Assembly: GCA_021850805.1 (NCBI GenBank)
Contig: JAJZKO010000001.1
Coordinates: 45,885 to 109,884, forward strand
Direction: 5' to 3'
DNA length: 64,000 bases
From: Candidatus Micrarchaeota archaeon
Lineage (GTDB): Archaea > Micrarchaeota > Micrarchaeia > Micrarchaeales > CABMGC01
The notes under the pieces are model-generated. The model had not been told where the DNA came from, searched no databases, and saw nothing but the letters and a program-made list of their open reading frames with translations. The translations under genes were made by a program, and so were the position numbers. Each line of letters opens with the position of its first letter. The first letter of the stretch is position 1. Below, piece by piece: positions 10,172 through 19,738 of the stretch.

Positions 10172-11041
10172 ATGGCAACAAAGCTATCAAAAATGGCATC
10201 GCCGGAACTCAAGCAGGCGCTTGTCGAGCTTAGGCAGTGGATTAATGACCGCCAATTTGAGGACAATCTCAATGTGGAGCACCTTGGGGAACGTGCTGCA
10301 AAGATGGCATTTAGCATGGGTGAAAACAGGGAGATTGAGGTGCGGTCGCATAGGGTAAAAAATGCATGGACCTATGTCTCGACCTATAAAGATGCCGAGA
10401 CTGGAAAGAAGCGGAAGGCAGTGGTTGTTGAGGTCCTGACAGGAACACCGATGCAATCCTCAGGTGAGATAGATGCACTCCTGGCGCATGAAATTGCACA
10501 TGCCGTTGCAGAAGATTCAGAAAGGAGGAAGGGTTATAGGCGCGCCGGGGCTTTGATGAGCTCCGCTGCTGCAGTAACGGTAATGGCTGGGGAAGCATAT
10601 CTAGGGCGCCTCGGCATTCCTGGCGTATATGCGCATTATCTTGGTTCCGCGCAGGGAATGTCTTTTGAGGTCTTGCTCTCCGGGATAGGAACTTACAGCC
10701 TAACGCGAAAGGCATTGGGGGTAGTGCATCTCGCAAATATGCGCTCCGAAGAACTTAGGGCTGATGAAGCGTCTGTAAGAAAAGCAGGGGAAACGGATAC
10801 TGTTATGATGCTGCTTAGGATGGCGCCTCCTGATGCGGCACATGGGGTAATAAATGAGATACTCGATGAAGGGAGGGTAAAGAGCGAGGCCAGCATCATC
10901 GCAAGGGCAGCGGGATACGCCGTCTCATTGTATGGGAGGGCGATCGGATGGCTCAATACAGTGAACTACGGAACTCATCCGGATGTAAGAAAGAGGGTTA
11001 AGAATGCTCTTGAATATTCGAGGCTGGACGGCGGAGCATAG
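10172..11041 (+). CDS. M48-like zinc metalloprotease
   Basis: 289 aa. HEIAHAV (HExxH), a downstream EELRADEASV, and GTHPDVRKRV near the C-terminus. This matches the M48 (HtpX/Ste24) arrangement. Confidence 0.65.
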   Translation: MATKLSKMASPELKQALVELRQWINDRQFEDNLNVEHLGERAAKMAFSMGENREIEVRSHRVKNAWTYVSTYKDAETGKKRKAVVVEVLTGTPMQSSGEIDALLAHEIAHAVAEDSERRKGYRRAGALMSSAAAVTVMAGEAYLGRLGIPGVYAHYLGSAQGMSFEVLLSGIGTYSLTRKALGVVHLANMRSEELRADEASVRKAGETDTVMMLLRMAPPDAAHGVINEILDEGRVKSEASIIARAAGYAVSLYGRAIGWLNTVNYGTHPDVRKRVKNALEYSRLDGGA

Positions 11042-11067
11042 AGACGGAGGCAAATTCGGCCTGATTT

Positions 11068-12075
11068 TTAGATAACCATGAAGTCTATGACTATCTCCAC
11101 GGAAGATGGAGAGTAAGGCCTTACTATCCTTTTTGAGATAATCCTTGCTTTTCTTCCATGTTTCAGGCATGCCTTCCTTATCAGGTTTTCAGCACTTGCA
11201 TATGGATTGTCTCTTCCGGAGAACGCATAGTAGTGCACCGTGCAGTTCCTCTTCGCGCAGAGTATTGCGCTCCCTAGGAAATCTGCGGAATCTTTGGGAA
11301 GCGGCATCACTATCCTATCTGCATATCCTTCGTACTTCGGGGCTACCTTGGCCACATCGCCAAGGATCGGTACCACATTTTTGGCCTTGTTTTCTGATAT
11401 GTTCTTCAGCATGTATGAATAGGCGTGCCGGTTAAGCTCTATAGCCACTACTTCGGAACTTGGCGCATTCCTTGCCATCTCTATTGCAAAAGGTCCGACT
11501 CCTGCGAACATCACTATTACTTTTTCGTTTTTCCGTACCAGTTTAGATACCCTGTTTCGTTCGTAGGATAGCCTTGGTGAGAAGAATGCCTTATTCAGGT
11601 CTATGTTGAATATGCATCCATTCTCCCTGTATTTTGATATGTATGTCTTCTTCCCGGCAATGTATGAGTGCTTTCGTATCCGGTATGTGCCGCTTACCGC
11701 GCTAGCCCTGGAAAGAACGGTCTTTATCCTTTTGTTTTGCCTGAGTATCAGCCTCGCTGCCTCCTTCTCTATGCCGCTCTCCGCTTCTACCACTGCTATG
11801 CTGCCTATTATGTCGTACCTTATCGTAGAGCTGCCGAAGACGTCATGCATGCGCTGCGGACCATGGCTCTTTCTTGCCGGTCTCATGCTAGAGTGCCGCA
11901 GAGTGCCGATTGCGGAGAGCCTGGCCGTCTCCGCAGTCCCGATGTCTGGTAAGACCGGGAAGTATACGTATCCGCCCTTCGAGTATGGCTTATATAATGT
12001 ATTAAATATTTTGCGCTTTTTAAGATATTGCCTTGCTTTTTCGGCTTTTGCCTTTTCGACCTTCAGAAACAGCAT
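11068..12075 (-). CDS. tRNA (guanine37-N1)-methyltransferase Trm5/Taw22-like, class I SAM-dependent
   Basis: 335 aa. SAM-binding motif VIVMFAGVGPFAIEMAR and overall Trm5-like layout. Confidence 0.75.
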   Translation of the reverse strand: MLFLKVEKAKAEKARQYLKKRKIFNTLYKPYSKGGYVYFPVLPDIGTAETARLSAIGTLRHSSMRPARKSHGPQRMHDVFGSSTIRYDIIGSIAVVEAESGIEKEAARLILRQNKRIKTVLSRASAVSGTYRIRKHSYIAGKKTYISKYRENGCIFNIDLNKAFFSPRLSYERNRVSKLVRKNEKVIVMFAGVGPFAIEMARNAPSSEVVAIELNRHAYSYMLKNISENKAKNVVPILGDVAKVAPKYEGYADRIVMPLPKDSADFLGSAILCAKRNCTVHYYAFSGRDNPYASAENLIRKACLKHGRKARIISKRIVRPYSPSSVEIVIDFMVI

Positions 12076-12134
12076 AATGATAGATATGTTTAAAGGTTTT
12101 TAAATTAAATTGGATATATGTTTAGTGTATTAAT

Positions 12135-12584
12135 ATGTACTTCATAGTCAGGGTTACATCAAGCCAGGAGAAGATAACCGCGGATATATTGGAGAACAAG
12201 GCAACTAAAATGGAGAACCAGGGCATCTTTTCCATAATAATGCCAGAGGGAATGCGCGGATACATAGTCATAGAAGCGGAGAGCGAGCTGGCATGCAGGG
12301 AGCTTATAGCAAATGAGCCTCACGTGAAGGGCATGCTCAAGGATCCTCTTGCCGAGGCGGAACTTGAGAAGATGCTCGTAGTGAAGCAGGCATCTCAGGA
12401 GATGAAAGTGGGGGATATTGTGGAGTTCTTTGTCGGCCCGTTCAAGGGCTACAAGGCAAGGGTTATAAAGGTTGACCAGAGTAAAGAGGAGATTACCGTA
12501 GAGCTTATGGATGTTGCCGTTCCGATACCTGTAACAACCAAATCGGATATGGCAAAGATAATACAAAAGTCAGAGGCAAGCTGA
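12135..12584 (+). CDS. spt5: transcription elongation factor Spt5 (NusG)
   Basis: 149 aa. NGN domain start MYFIVRVTSSQE and KOW motif VGDIVEFFVGPFKGYKARV. Conserved position upstream of rpl11. Confidence 0.9.
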   Translation: MYFIVRVTSSQEKITADILENKATKMENQGIFSIIMPEGMRGYIVIEAESELACRELIANEPHVKGMLKDPLAEAELEKMLVVKQASQEMKVGDIVEFFVGPFKGYKARVIKVDQSKEEITVELMDVAVPIPVTTKSDMAKIIQKSEAS

Positions 12585-12588
12585 TAAC

Positions 12589-13056
12589 ATGACCGACGTA
12601 GTGATAAATGGACTTGTAGAGGGAGGAAAGGCCACCTCTGGTGCGCCTCTTGGGCCTGCACTAGGTCCGCTTGGCGTAAACATAAACAAGATTGTTGAGG
12701 AGATAAACAACAAGACAAGCGGATTCGCAGGCATAAAGATACCTGTAAAGGTGATAGTAAACAAGGAGACAAAGGAATTCAGGATAGAAGTCGGGTCACC
12801 TACAACCAGCGCGCTTATACTCAAGGAACTTGGCATACAGAAAGGGGCCAAGGCAAAGGAGGAAGTGGCTGGAAACATAACTATTGAGCAGGTAAAGAAG
12901 ATTGCAAAGGCCAAGGAACTCTCCATGTACGGAAACTCCGATGCATCGAGGGTAAAGCAGGTTCTTGGGACGTGCGTAAGCATGAACATAACCTGCGAAG
13001 GCGCAAGTGCCAAGGAGATGATAGCGAAGATCAACAGCGGAGAAGTAAAGGTCTGA
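12589..13056 (+). CDS. rpl11: 50S ribosomal protein L11 (uL11)
   Basis: 155 aa. GGKATSGAPLGPALGPLGVNI motif and typical length. Confidence 0.95.
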   Translation: MTDVVINGLVEGGKATSGAPLGPALGPLGVNINKIVEEINNKTSGFAGIKIPVKVIVNKETKEFRIEVGSPTTSALILKELGIQKGAKAKEEVAGNITIEQVKKIAKAKELSMYGNSDASRVKQVLGTCVSMNITCEGASAKEMIAKINSGEVKV

Positions 13057-13116
13057 TTCGCCTTCTGCTTATTTTCGGCTTTTTGCATTAAAGGACTGCA
13101 TGAAGCAGGTCTATTT

Positions 13117-13812
13117 ATGGCAGGCATTGTAGGAGAGAAGGACAGAATAAGCGCAGATATGCTTTATGGTATATTAAGGGGCCATTTCGGGTTCAGGCAT
13201 TGGTGGCCCGGGGATACAAAGGACGAGATAGCCATAGGCGCGATACTTACGCAGCAGACAACATGGAGGAATGTGGAGAGGGCAATAGATAACCTGAAGA
13301 AAGAAGGGCTCCTTTCAATAAATAGTATTGCCAGGTGCAAAAAGAGCAGGCTTGAGAGGCTTATAAGGAGCACAGGATATTACAGGCAGAAGAGCAGCAG
13401 GCTGATAGGCTTCTGCAAGACCATATCGGATTCCTACGGAGGATTTGAGGGGCTGGAGAAGCTTGGTGACAAGGAGATGAGGAGTGCGCTTCTTTCCATA
13501 AATGGCATAGGGCCTGAGACGGCAGACTCGATAATGCTTTACGCGGCAGGCAGGAAGACTTTTGTGGTGGATGCCTATACCAAAAGAATCTTTTCAAGGA
13601 TTTATGGAACGAAAATTGATATCTCCTATGAGGAGATGCAGAGACTGATAACGAACCTTATACCAAGAAGGCTCGCAGTCTACAAGGACTTCCATGCGCA
13701 GCTTGTAGAGCTGGGTAAGAACAACTGCAAGTCTGTTCCCATCTGTGGCGGATGCCCAGTCGCAAGCTATTGCATGCATGCGAAAAGAAACGCGGCCAAT
13801 GCAGGTATTTAA
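13117..13812 (+). CDS. endonuclease III-like HhH-GPD DNA glycosylase domain protein
   Basis: 231 aa. HhH motif LLSINGIGPETADSIMLYA, FVVDAYTKRIF, and a C-terminal Cys cluster CKSVPICGGCPVASYC (4Fe-4S type). Confidence 0.8.
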   Translation: MAGIVGEKDRISADMLYGILRGHFGFRHWWPGDTKDEIAIGAILTQQTTWRNVERAIDNLKKEGLLSINSIARCKKSRLERLIRSTGYYRQKSSRLIGFCKTISDSYGGFEGLEKLGDKEMRSALLSINGIGPETADSIMLYAAGRKTFVVDAYTKRIFSRIYGTKIDISYEEMQRLITNLIPRRLAVYKDFHAQLVELGKNNCKSVPICGGCPVASYCMHAKRNAANAGI

Positions 13813-13845
13813 TATTGCATTCATTAACCTTATTGAGGAGAAAGA

Positions 13846-14868
13846 ATGAACTTCAAGGATTATATAGAGCTCCACAGGGATGAGGTCTACAGGAAGATAT
13901 GCGAGTATATACCCATAAAGGAGCCCGAAGGGCATTACAGGATAGTGAGGGACTACAGCGACAGGCAGGGGAGCTACAGGAGACCGGGGCTTCTTATGCT
14001 CTCCGGGCAGCTCTTTGGGGCGAGGGAAGATGAACTCGTGCTTCCTGCCGCTGCGATGCAGCTCTCCGAAGACTGGATACTTGTACACGATGATATAGAG
14101 GACCATTCGGAGCTAAGGCGCGGCAAGCCTGCGCTCCACAAGCTTTACGGGCAGGAGCTGGCTATAAACGCAGGCGACGCAGCGCATATGGTCATGTGGA
14201 AGATGCTCAAGGACAATATCAGGAAGATGGGGATGAGAAGGGGAAGTGCATTCTTTGACAATTTCTACCGGATGCTCGAGTATACGGTAGAAGGGCAGTA
14301 TATAGAGGACAATTTCATCTACAATGTCAGGAGCCTTGCGGCAGCTGATGAGAAGCTATATTTCAGGATAATACAGGGCAAGACCTGCTACTATACGGTA
14401 TACGGGCCTATGCAGCTTGGAGCTATAGCCGCAGGCATGGGGAAGAGCGAGCTTGGCATGCTCAAGGAAATCGGGATGCCTGCAGGAATGGCTTTCCAGA
14501 TAGTTGATGACATTCTTGATATGAGGGCGGATGAGAAGGTCTTCGGAAAGCAGAGATACGGCGATCTCAGGGAGGGGAAGCTCACGCTGATAATGCTTGA
14601 CGCTTACAAGAGCGCCGATGCGGAAGAGAAGAAGGAGATGCAGAGGATTTATGGGAAGAGAAGGGAGGAGAAGAGCGAGGAGGAGATAATGTATCTTGCG
14701 GGCATTGCCGAGAAATACGGAAGCATCGAGAAAGCGCGTAAGAAAGCAGAGTGGTACGGCGCTGCTGCGAAGCAGGCGATAGAGAAGTATAGTGACCAGC
14801 TTCCTAAGAACGAGTTTCTTGATGTTATGCTTACTGCTATAGAGGAACTATACGTAAGGAAAAAATAA
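13846..14868 (+). CDS. polyprenyl (geranylgeranyl-type) diphosphate synthase
   Basis: 340 aa. First and second Asp-rich motifs LVHDDIED and FQIVDDILD. Confidence 0.9.
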   Translation: MNFKDYIELHRDEVYRKICEYIPIKEPEGHYRIVRDYSDRQGSYRRPGLLMLSGQLFGAREDELVLPAAAMQLSEDWILVHDDIEDHSELRRGKPALHKLYGQELAINAGDAAHMVMWKMLKDNIRKMGMRRGSAFFDNFYRMLEYTVEGQYIEDNFIYNVRSLAAADEKLYFRIIQGKTCYYTVYGPMQLGAIAAGMGKSELGMLKEIGMPAGMAFQIVDDILDMRADEKVFGKQRYGDLREGKLTLIMLDAYKSADAEEKKEMQRIYGKRREEKSEEEIMYLAGIAEKYGSIEKARKKAEWYGAAAKQAIEKYSDQLPKNEFLDVMLTAIEELYVRKK

Positions 14869-14870
14869 AT

Positions 14871-14985
14871 GCCAAACAGCAATATGCTTTCCCACCCGTT
14901 AGAGCAGTATTTCATATCGTAGACAGGCTTAGCTTCCGAGTTCGGAATGGGTTCGGGCGTTTCCCTGTCCCTATGGCCGTTTGAC
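14871..14985 (-). rRNA. rrf: 5S ribosomal RNA
   Basis: The reverse strand reads gtcaaacggccatagggacagggaaacgcccgaacccattccgaactcggaagctaagcctgtc...ctgtttggc. It has the conserved CCGAAC..GGAAG(C/U)UAAGCC core. The 5' gtcaaacgg pairs with the 3' ctgtttggc (helix I). Ends are uncertain by +/- a few nt. Confidence 0.85.
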
Positions 14986-15101
14986 ATATTTGTTTTACAG
15001 TTAAAGTTTTTAAGCTTATTGGAAAGCGCCTTCCGGATACGAGAACGGTGCTATGCCTGCGGTATTTATGATTTATTAGTTAGATTATTAACGGCGTATT
15101 T

Positions 15102-16292
15102 ATGGTCTCTGATTCAGGGGAAGTTGAGAAAAGTTTTAGGTTCCTGCTTTATTCGAGGGCGCTCAGAAGCATCGGGATAATATACATGACAATCACGATG
15201 CCGCTTTACCTTGCGGCAATGGGATTGAGCGTGGTAAGCATAGGGTTTGTCGTTGCTGGAGTAATGCTGTTTATGATTGTGGAGACCCTCGCCCTTGGTG
15301 CGCTGGGAGACAGGGCAGGATATAAGTACTCTTTGCTTATTAGTGAGATAATACCGGCATTCGGGGCGCTTGTAATTTTCTTCTCGCAAAACGTGCCGGT
15401 TATCATAGCCGCAGTGATAGTAGCCGGCATAGGTGGAGCAGCAGGGGGAATGCGAGGGGGATTCTCACCCGGATCTACTGCAATAGTTGCGAGCAATTAC
15501 CCAGATGAGCACAAAAGGGTGAATAAGCTTGGGCAGATTACATCTATAGCCTCTTTCTTCTCGATTTTCGGTGCTGCGCTTGTCTCCGCACATTTCTATC
15601 TCTCTTCGGAGCTGGGCACCCTGGCTGCTTACAGAGCAGGATTCTTAATATCAAGCTTGCTCCTCTTCCTCTCGTTTGCCTGCCTTCTCTTCATTAAGGA
15701 AGAAAAGCGGCCAAGGAAGAGTACGCGGATAATGAAGGGAAGCAGCTTCAGGTATATACTTAAGGTGATTGCTGCAAATTCCCTTGGAGGGATAGGCCTT
15801 GGCCTTGCGATACCTCTCCTTCCCCTCTGGCTGGAACTCTCTTACAAGGCGACAACGCTTGAGATAGGTATAATATTCGGATTCTCGTACCTTGTTACCG
15901 CGCTGGGTGCGTATTACGCTTCTTACATGCATGGAAGGTTCGATCCGTTGAGCATTGCCTCATTGACAAGGGTTCTTGGCGGTGCGTTGCTTATCGCAAT
16001 GGCATTATCTCCATTCCTTATCCTGGTTGCAGTAGTCTATCTCTTTAGGGCATTTTTTGCAGGTCTGGGAAATCCCACAAGGAATGCGGTGAATATGCGC
16101 GGCATAGATAGGGAGGACTACGGAACGGCAACGAGCTTTCAGGGCGTCTCGACAAGGATATCGCAGCTGAGTTCAGGAGCAAGTGGATACCTTATGGAGT
16201 ACTCCCTTCCTGCCCCGCTCTTTCTCGGAGGGGCATTCCAGATAGTCAGCGGCATAATGTACAGGTATCTTATAGGCAAGAAGAAGCAATGA
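15102..16292 (+). CDS. MFS transporter
   Basis: 396 aa, about 12 TM. GALGDRAGYK loop motif between TM2 and TM3. The true start may be the internal Met (MTITMPLYL). Confidence 0.8.
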   Translation: MVSDSGEVEKSFRFLLYSRALRSIGIIYMTITMPLYLAAMGLSVVSIGFVVAGVMLFMIVETLALGALGDRAGYKYSLLISEIIPAFGALVIFFSQNVPVIIAAVIVAGIGGAAGGMRGGFSPGSTAIVASNYPDEHKRVNKLGQITSIASFFSIFGAALVSAHFYLSSELGTLAAYRAGFLISSLLLFLSFACLLFIKEEKRPRKSTRIMKGSSFRYILKVIAANSLGGIGLGLAIPLLPLWLELSYKATTLEIGIIFGFSYLVTALGAYYASYMHGRFDPLSIASLTRVLGGALLIAMALSPFLILVAVVYLFRAFFAGLGNPTRNAVNMRGIDREDYGTATSFQGVSTRISQLSSGASGYLMEYSLPAPLFLGGAFQIVSGIMYRYLIGKKKQ

Positions 16293-16323
16293 GAAATTAC
16301 TACTTGTGTTGCAGTGCAGCGCT

Positions 16324-17037
16324 TTACCCCCACATCTCTGCTTTTATCATCTTATCGTTTACTCCCAAGGAGATTAGTGCTTCTTTTACGGCCTTTACGA
16401 AGCCAGGCGGCCCGCATATGTAGCTTATCCTCTCTTTGCAATCTGGGGCATATTTCAATATCATGTTTGCATCGACATGCCCTTTTTCGCCGGTCCAGCC
16501 ATCCCCATCCTGAGATCTTGTTACTGTAACAATAAGCTTGAACCCGGTATCCTGTGATACCTTCTCAAGCTGATCCTTTTCTATTATGTCATTAGCGTAT
16601 TTTGTACTATATATCAGAACCCCGTCTGCGGTGCTTCCTTTGCCGTGTATGCTCTCGAGCATGGAGAAAAACGGCGCGAGGCCCGTGCCACCTGCAAGGA
16701 ATAGGAATTTTGTCTGCTCGACAAAATCAAATTTAAACTGGCCGTACGGGCCAGATACATAATATATGTCGCCTATCTTTGCAGAGTCAAGCTTTGATGT
16801 GAATTTTCCATGGATCATCGAGATAAAAAACTGCAGCGAATCGGAAGGAGGCGGGTTTGCGATAGAGAATGCCCTGCCTATGCTCTCTCCTGTTGAAGAA
16901 TCCTTATGATACAGCATTGCGAACATGCCAGGTATAAAATCCATCGGAGAGCCGTCCTGGGACTTGAAGGTGAATGTGGTAACCTCAGGCGTAGTTTTCT
17001 TTATCGAAGATAGAATATACGGCTTGTTTATAATCAA
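16324..17037 (-). CDS. FNR/PyrK-like FAD- and NAD(P)-binding oxidoreductase
   Basis: 237 aa. RAFSIANPP (FAD-binding RxxS) and FLFLAGGTGLAPFFSML (NAD-binding) motifs. Confidence 0.8.
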   Translation of the reverse strand: MIINKPYILSSIKKTTPEVTTFTFKSQDGSPMDFIPGMFAMLYHKDSSTGESIGRAFSIANPPPSDSLQFFISMIHGKFTSKLDSAKIGDIYYVSGPYGQFKFDFVEQTKFLFLAGGTGLAPFFSMLESIHGKGSTADGVLIYSTKYANDIIEKDQLEKVSQDTGFKLIVTVTRSQDGDGWTGEKGHVDANMILKYAPDCKERISYICGPPGFVKAVKEALISLGVNDKMIKAEMWG

Positions 17038-17055
17038 CTCCTCACCTGGGCGGGC

Positions 17056-17391
17056 TTATTGTTTCTGTGAAGAGGTGCTGCTCTCCATTATTTTCTCGTA
17101 CTTCTCTATGCCTTTTATTATCTCTTTAAGTTTGGGACTTATATTGTACCCCAAATCATAGCCCCTCTCTGTGCGTATGTGCGTCGGCTGCAGGACATTA
17201 AGCTGCACAGACAGGGTTCTCAGGGTGATTATCAGAGTCTTACGTGTAAAACTCTTGCCAAGAGCGGCATAGAGCTCCCGCGTTGTCCTGGGAGACTTTA
17301 CCATAAGCATCTTGAGTACCGCATAGTTTGGTTTGCTCAGAACCTTCCTTATAAGCCATATTTCATCGTTACCTTTTTCACGTTTAGACAT
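17056..17391 (-). CDS. putative winged-helix DNA-binding protein
   Basis: 111 aa. The segment NYAVLKMLMVKSPRTTRELYAALGKSFTRKTLIITLRTL resembles an ArsR/MarR-type wHTH. Divergent from the pilus ATPase gene. Family not verified. Confidence 0.45.
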   Translation of the reverse strand: MSKREKGNDEIWLIRKVLSKPNYAVLKMLMVKSPRTTRELYAALGKSFTRKTLIITLRTLSVQLNVLQPTHIRTERGYDLGYNISPKLKEIIKGIEKYEKIMESSTSSQKQ

Positions 17392-17525
17392 GTTTACCCC
17401 AACAAAAGTGTATCATAACAGGTATATCCAGTTATGTTTGAATACTAATTATTAGAAAAGTATATATACTTTTATATCATATATCTTAGTATAAGATATT
17501 TTATTTTAATATAAGTATTGATATT
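17392..17525. promoter_or_regulatory. AT-rich divergent intergenic region (likely promoters of the wHTH gene and the pilus operon)
   Basis: 134 nt, strongly AT-rich, with several TATA-like runs (aaagtatatatactttta, tatatcatatatc, ttttattttaatataag). No experimental support. Confidence 0.35.
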
Positions 17526-19046
17526 ATGATAAAAATAAGCCTGAGGGATCTCATATTAGGCAGGGGAAGTGCGCACGAGGCTGCACAGGCACTGCGGCTT
17601 TCCTTCGATGCATTGCCTGCGGATTCTCAGAAAGTCGAGAAGAGCCTAGGAGGTCTTGTTGAGAAGGCTGTGCTTTCATGCAATGGGAGATACGTCTACC
17701 ACGTTGGTCCCCTCTCGGGGATCTCTGGAAGCGACGAAAAGGCGGCGGCGATGGTGAAGGGGGAGGTTCTTAGGGAAGTTTCCTCTTCGGGATTGGAGAT
17801 TGGGGATGCGTCAGAGATAAGCAGGGTTATTGGCATTTCAGGAAGGTTTCTCGGCGGCAGTATGACGGGACGTGAGACTATCGCGTACATGGTAGCGCAT
17901 GACATCGCAGGATATGGGCCATTGAGCATGCTGATGGAGGATAAGGAAGGGATAGAGGAGATAGAGGTAAACTCGCCATCATCGGTAATAAGCGTGGTCT
18001 CTGCTGAATTCGGCAGGTGCAGCACGAACCTGAGGTTCAGAGGCGAAGATGAATTTAGGGTTGCGGTTAACAAGATGGCATATAGTGCAGAGAAGTCAGT
18101 AGGGTTTGAGAACCCTGTAGTGGATCTGCAGCTGGGCAATGCGCGGGTACATGCCCAGATAAAACCATATGCTGCCAGCGGCGCAGCTGCATCCATAAGG
18201 ATGGGTGGATTTAAGAAGAGGGGCCTTGTCGCAATAATTAAGTCAGGGATGATAACTTGCGAGGCTGCTGCTTATGCGTGGATGCTGATTGATTCTGGGA
18301 TGTGCATGGTTATATGCGGCCCTCCTGCAAGCGGGAAAACCACGATGCTCTCCGCGCTTATGGAACTGGATATGCCTTATAGGAAAACAATAGTGGTTGA
18401 AGAGGAGATTAACGAGATACGCTTCGCCAGCCACGTAAATAACCTCGTCTCCCTGTACGGCTCACGATATGGAAGGGTTGGGGCAGGTGATCAGGTAGTA
18501 AATGCTCTGAGATTGCGGCCAGAGATGATAGTTGTGGGCGAGATGAGAGGCAGCGAGGCGAGGGAACTCTTCGCAGGTGGTAATATAGGGGTTCCGTTCC
18601 TCGCTACAATGCACAGCAATGCGGAACCTATTGCAGTTGTAAATAGGCTATTGAGCAGCCCGATGTCTGTCGAAGCAGGAAACATAAGCGCTCTTGACTC
18701 ATCCATCCATACAGCCCAGGATTTGAAGGGAACCCGCAGGGTCTGTGCAGTATTTGAGTATAGATGGCTAAGCAGGGCAGAGACGGATGACGGGGAGGAG
18801 CTTAGCTGCGGGGATTCTGTAGAATTCTCAGGCCTGTGGGAGGAGGGAAATATATCTAGGAAGATGCTTGGATCCTCAAAAGTGATCGATAAGTACTCTC
18901 GTTTTAAAGGCATATCGAAAAAGGCTTCGCTGCGAGAGTTTGAGAATCGCTCCGCATTTTTAGAGGGCTTAATATCGGAAAATATAGGGCAGAATGAGGC
19001 TGAAAAAAAACTATTTGATTATAAGATCCGGTCTGAGTTTGGCTGA
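17526..19046 (+). CDS. type IV pilus/archaellum-family secretion ATPase (PilB/FlaI/TadA superfamily)
   Basis: 506 aa. Walker A ICGPPASGKTTML, IVVEEEINE, RPEMIVVGEMRGSEA and ATMHS motifs. Confidence 0.85.
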   Translation: MIKISLRDLILGRGSAHEAAQALRLSFDALPADSQKVEKSLGGLVEKAVLSCNGRYVYHVGPLSGISGSDEKAAAMVKGEVLREVSSSGLEIGDASEISRVIGISGRFLGGSMTGRETIAYMVAHDIAGYGPLSMLMEDKEGIEEIEVNSPSSVISVVSAEFGRCSTNLRFRGEDEFRVAVNKMAYSAEKSVGFENPVVDLQLGNARVHAQIKPYAASGAAASIRMGGFKKRGLVAIIKSGMITCEAAAYAWMLIDSGMCMVICGPPASGKTTMLSALMELDMPYRKTIVVEEEINEIRFASHVNNLVSLYGSRYGRVGAGDQVVNALRLRPEMIVVGEMRGSEARELFAGGNIGVPFLATMHSNAEPIAVVNRLLSSPMSVEAGNISALDSSIHTAQDLKGTRRVCAVFEYRWLSRAETDDGEELSCGDSVEFSGLWEEGNISRKMLGSSKVIDKYSRFKGISKKASLREFENRSAFLEGLISENIGQNEAEKKLFDYKIRSEFG

Positions 19047-19051
19047 TTTGA

Positions 19052-19738
19052 ATGGATTCGCGTAAGATATATGCTGCAATGCCTTGGTTTTCCGCATGGG
19101 TGGTGTGGGGCACCCTCTTTGCCATAGTGGGCGGAGAACGCGGGCCGTTTGGATTGCTTACAGCATTTGCTATCTGCGCGCTTCCTTGCTGCGCCATAGC
19201 CCTGCTCTTCTCCATGAATAGGAGGATGCACAGGGGAAGCGAGTTTAAGGAGAGATTTTTATGGGCTGTGGATCTTGCGCTTGCATATTCGAAGGCGGGG
19301 ATTGGGATGTGCAATGCGCTTGCAATCTCAGGATTCGCTTCGCGGGACAGAAAGACAGCACAGGAACTCGAAAGGATCAGGATACGTCTACTATGTGGGG
19401 AGAATGCGGAGATAGGCGGGAGTAATAAGCGAATGCAACTTTCTGCAAACGATTCTGGCAGGGTCATATGGGATGCGGAGTCGCTTAAAGCTGCTGTTGC
19501 AGGTTATTATGCGCTTGAGATGGAGGGAGGGGCGAGGAAGTGGGATAATATCGTAAAGCTCTCCACACTCAGCATGTTCTTCTCCGCCGTAGGGCCAAGT
19601 TTTGTGATATTCGCTTTTGTAGGAGAGTCCATAGTGGGAGGGAGGGGCAGCATCTTGCCATTTGCGCTAGTAATGCTCGGCGTCATGCCTGTAGCGTATG
19701 CCTTGGTAAAGGCGAGGATGGAGAGGGTTTTTCTGTGA
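19052..19738 (+). CDS. membrane protein, possible half-size PilC/TadB/FlaJ-like platform subunit
   Basis: 228 aa. Topology is TM pair, helical cytoplasmic segment, TM pair. Lies directly after the ATPase. Assignment rests on position and topology only. Confidence 0.5.
   Translation: MDSRKIYAAMPWFSAWVVWGTLFAIVGGERGPFGLLTAFAICALPCCAIALLFSMNRRMHRGSEFKERFLWAVDLALAYSKAGIGMCNALAISGFASRDRKTAQELERIRIRLLCGENAEIGGSNKRMQLSANDSGRVIWDAESLKAAVAGYYALEMEGGARKWDNIVKLSTLSMFFSAVGPSFVIFAFVGESIVGGRGSILPFALVMLGVMPVAYALVKARMERVFL

Noticed and set aside
11603-12103. 166-aa and 94-aa plus-strand ORFs opposite the Trm5 gene.
   Set aside because: They are antisense to a CDS with a clear SAM-methyltransferase motif, and no motif of their own was seen.
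12570-13127. 185-aa minus-strand ORF covering rpl11.
   Set aside because: It is antisense to ribosomal protein L11, which is unambiguous.
17696-18196. 166-aa minus-strand ORF inside the pilus ATPase gene. There are similar shadow ORFs at 18491..18913 and 18904..19467.
   Set aside because: These are shadow ORFs opposite well-supported genes. They are Ser/Pro/Leu-rich with no motifs.
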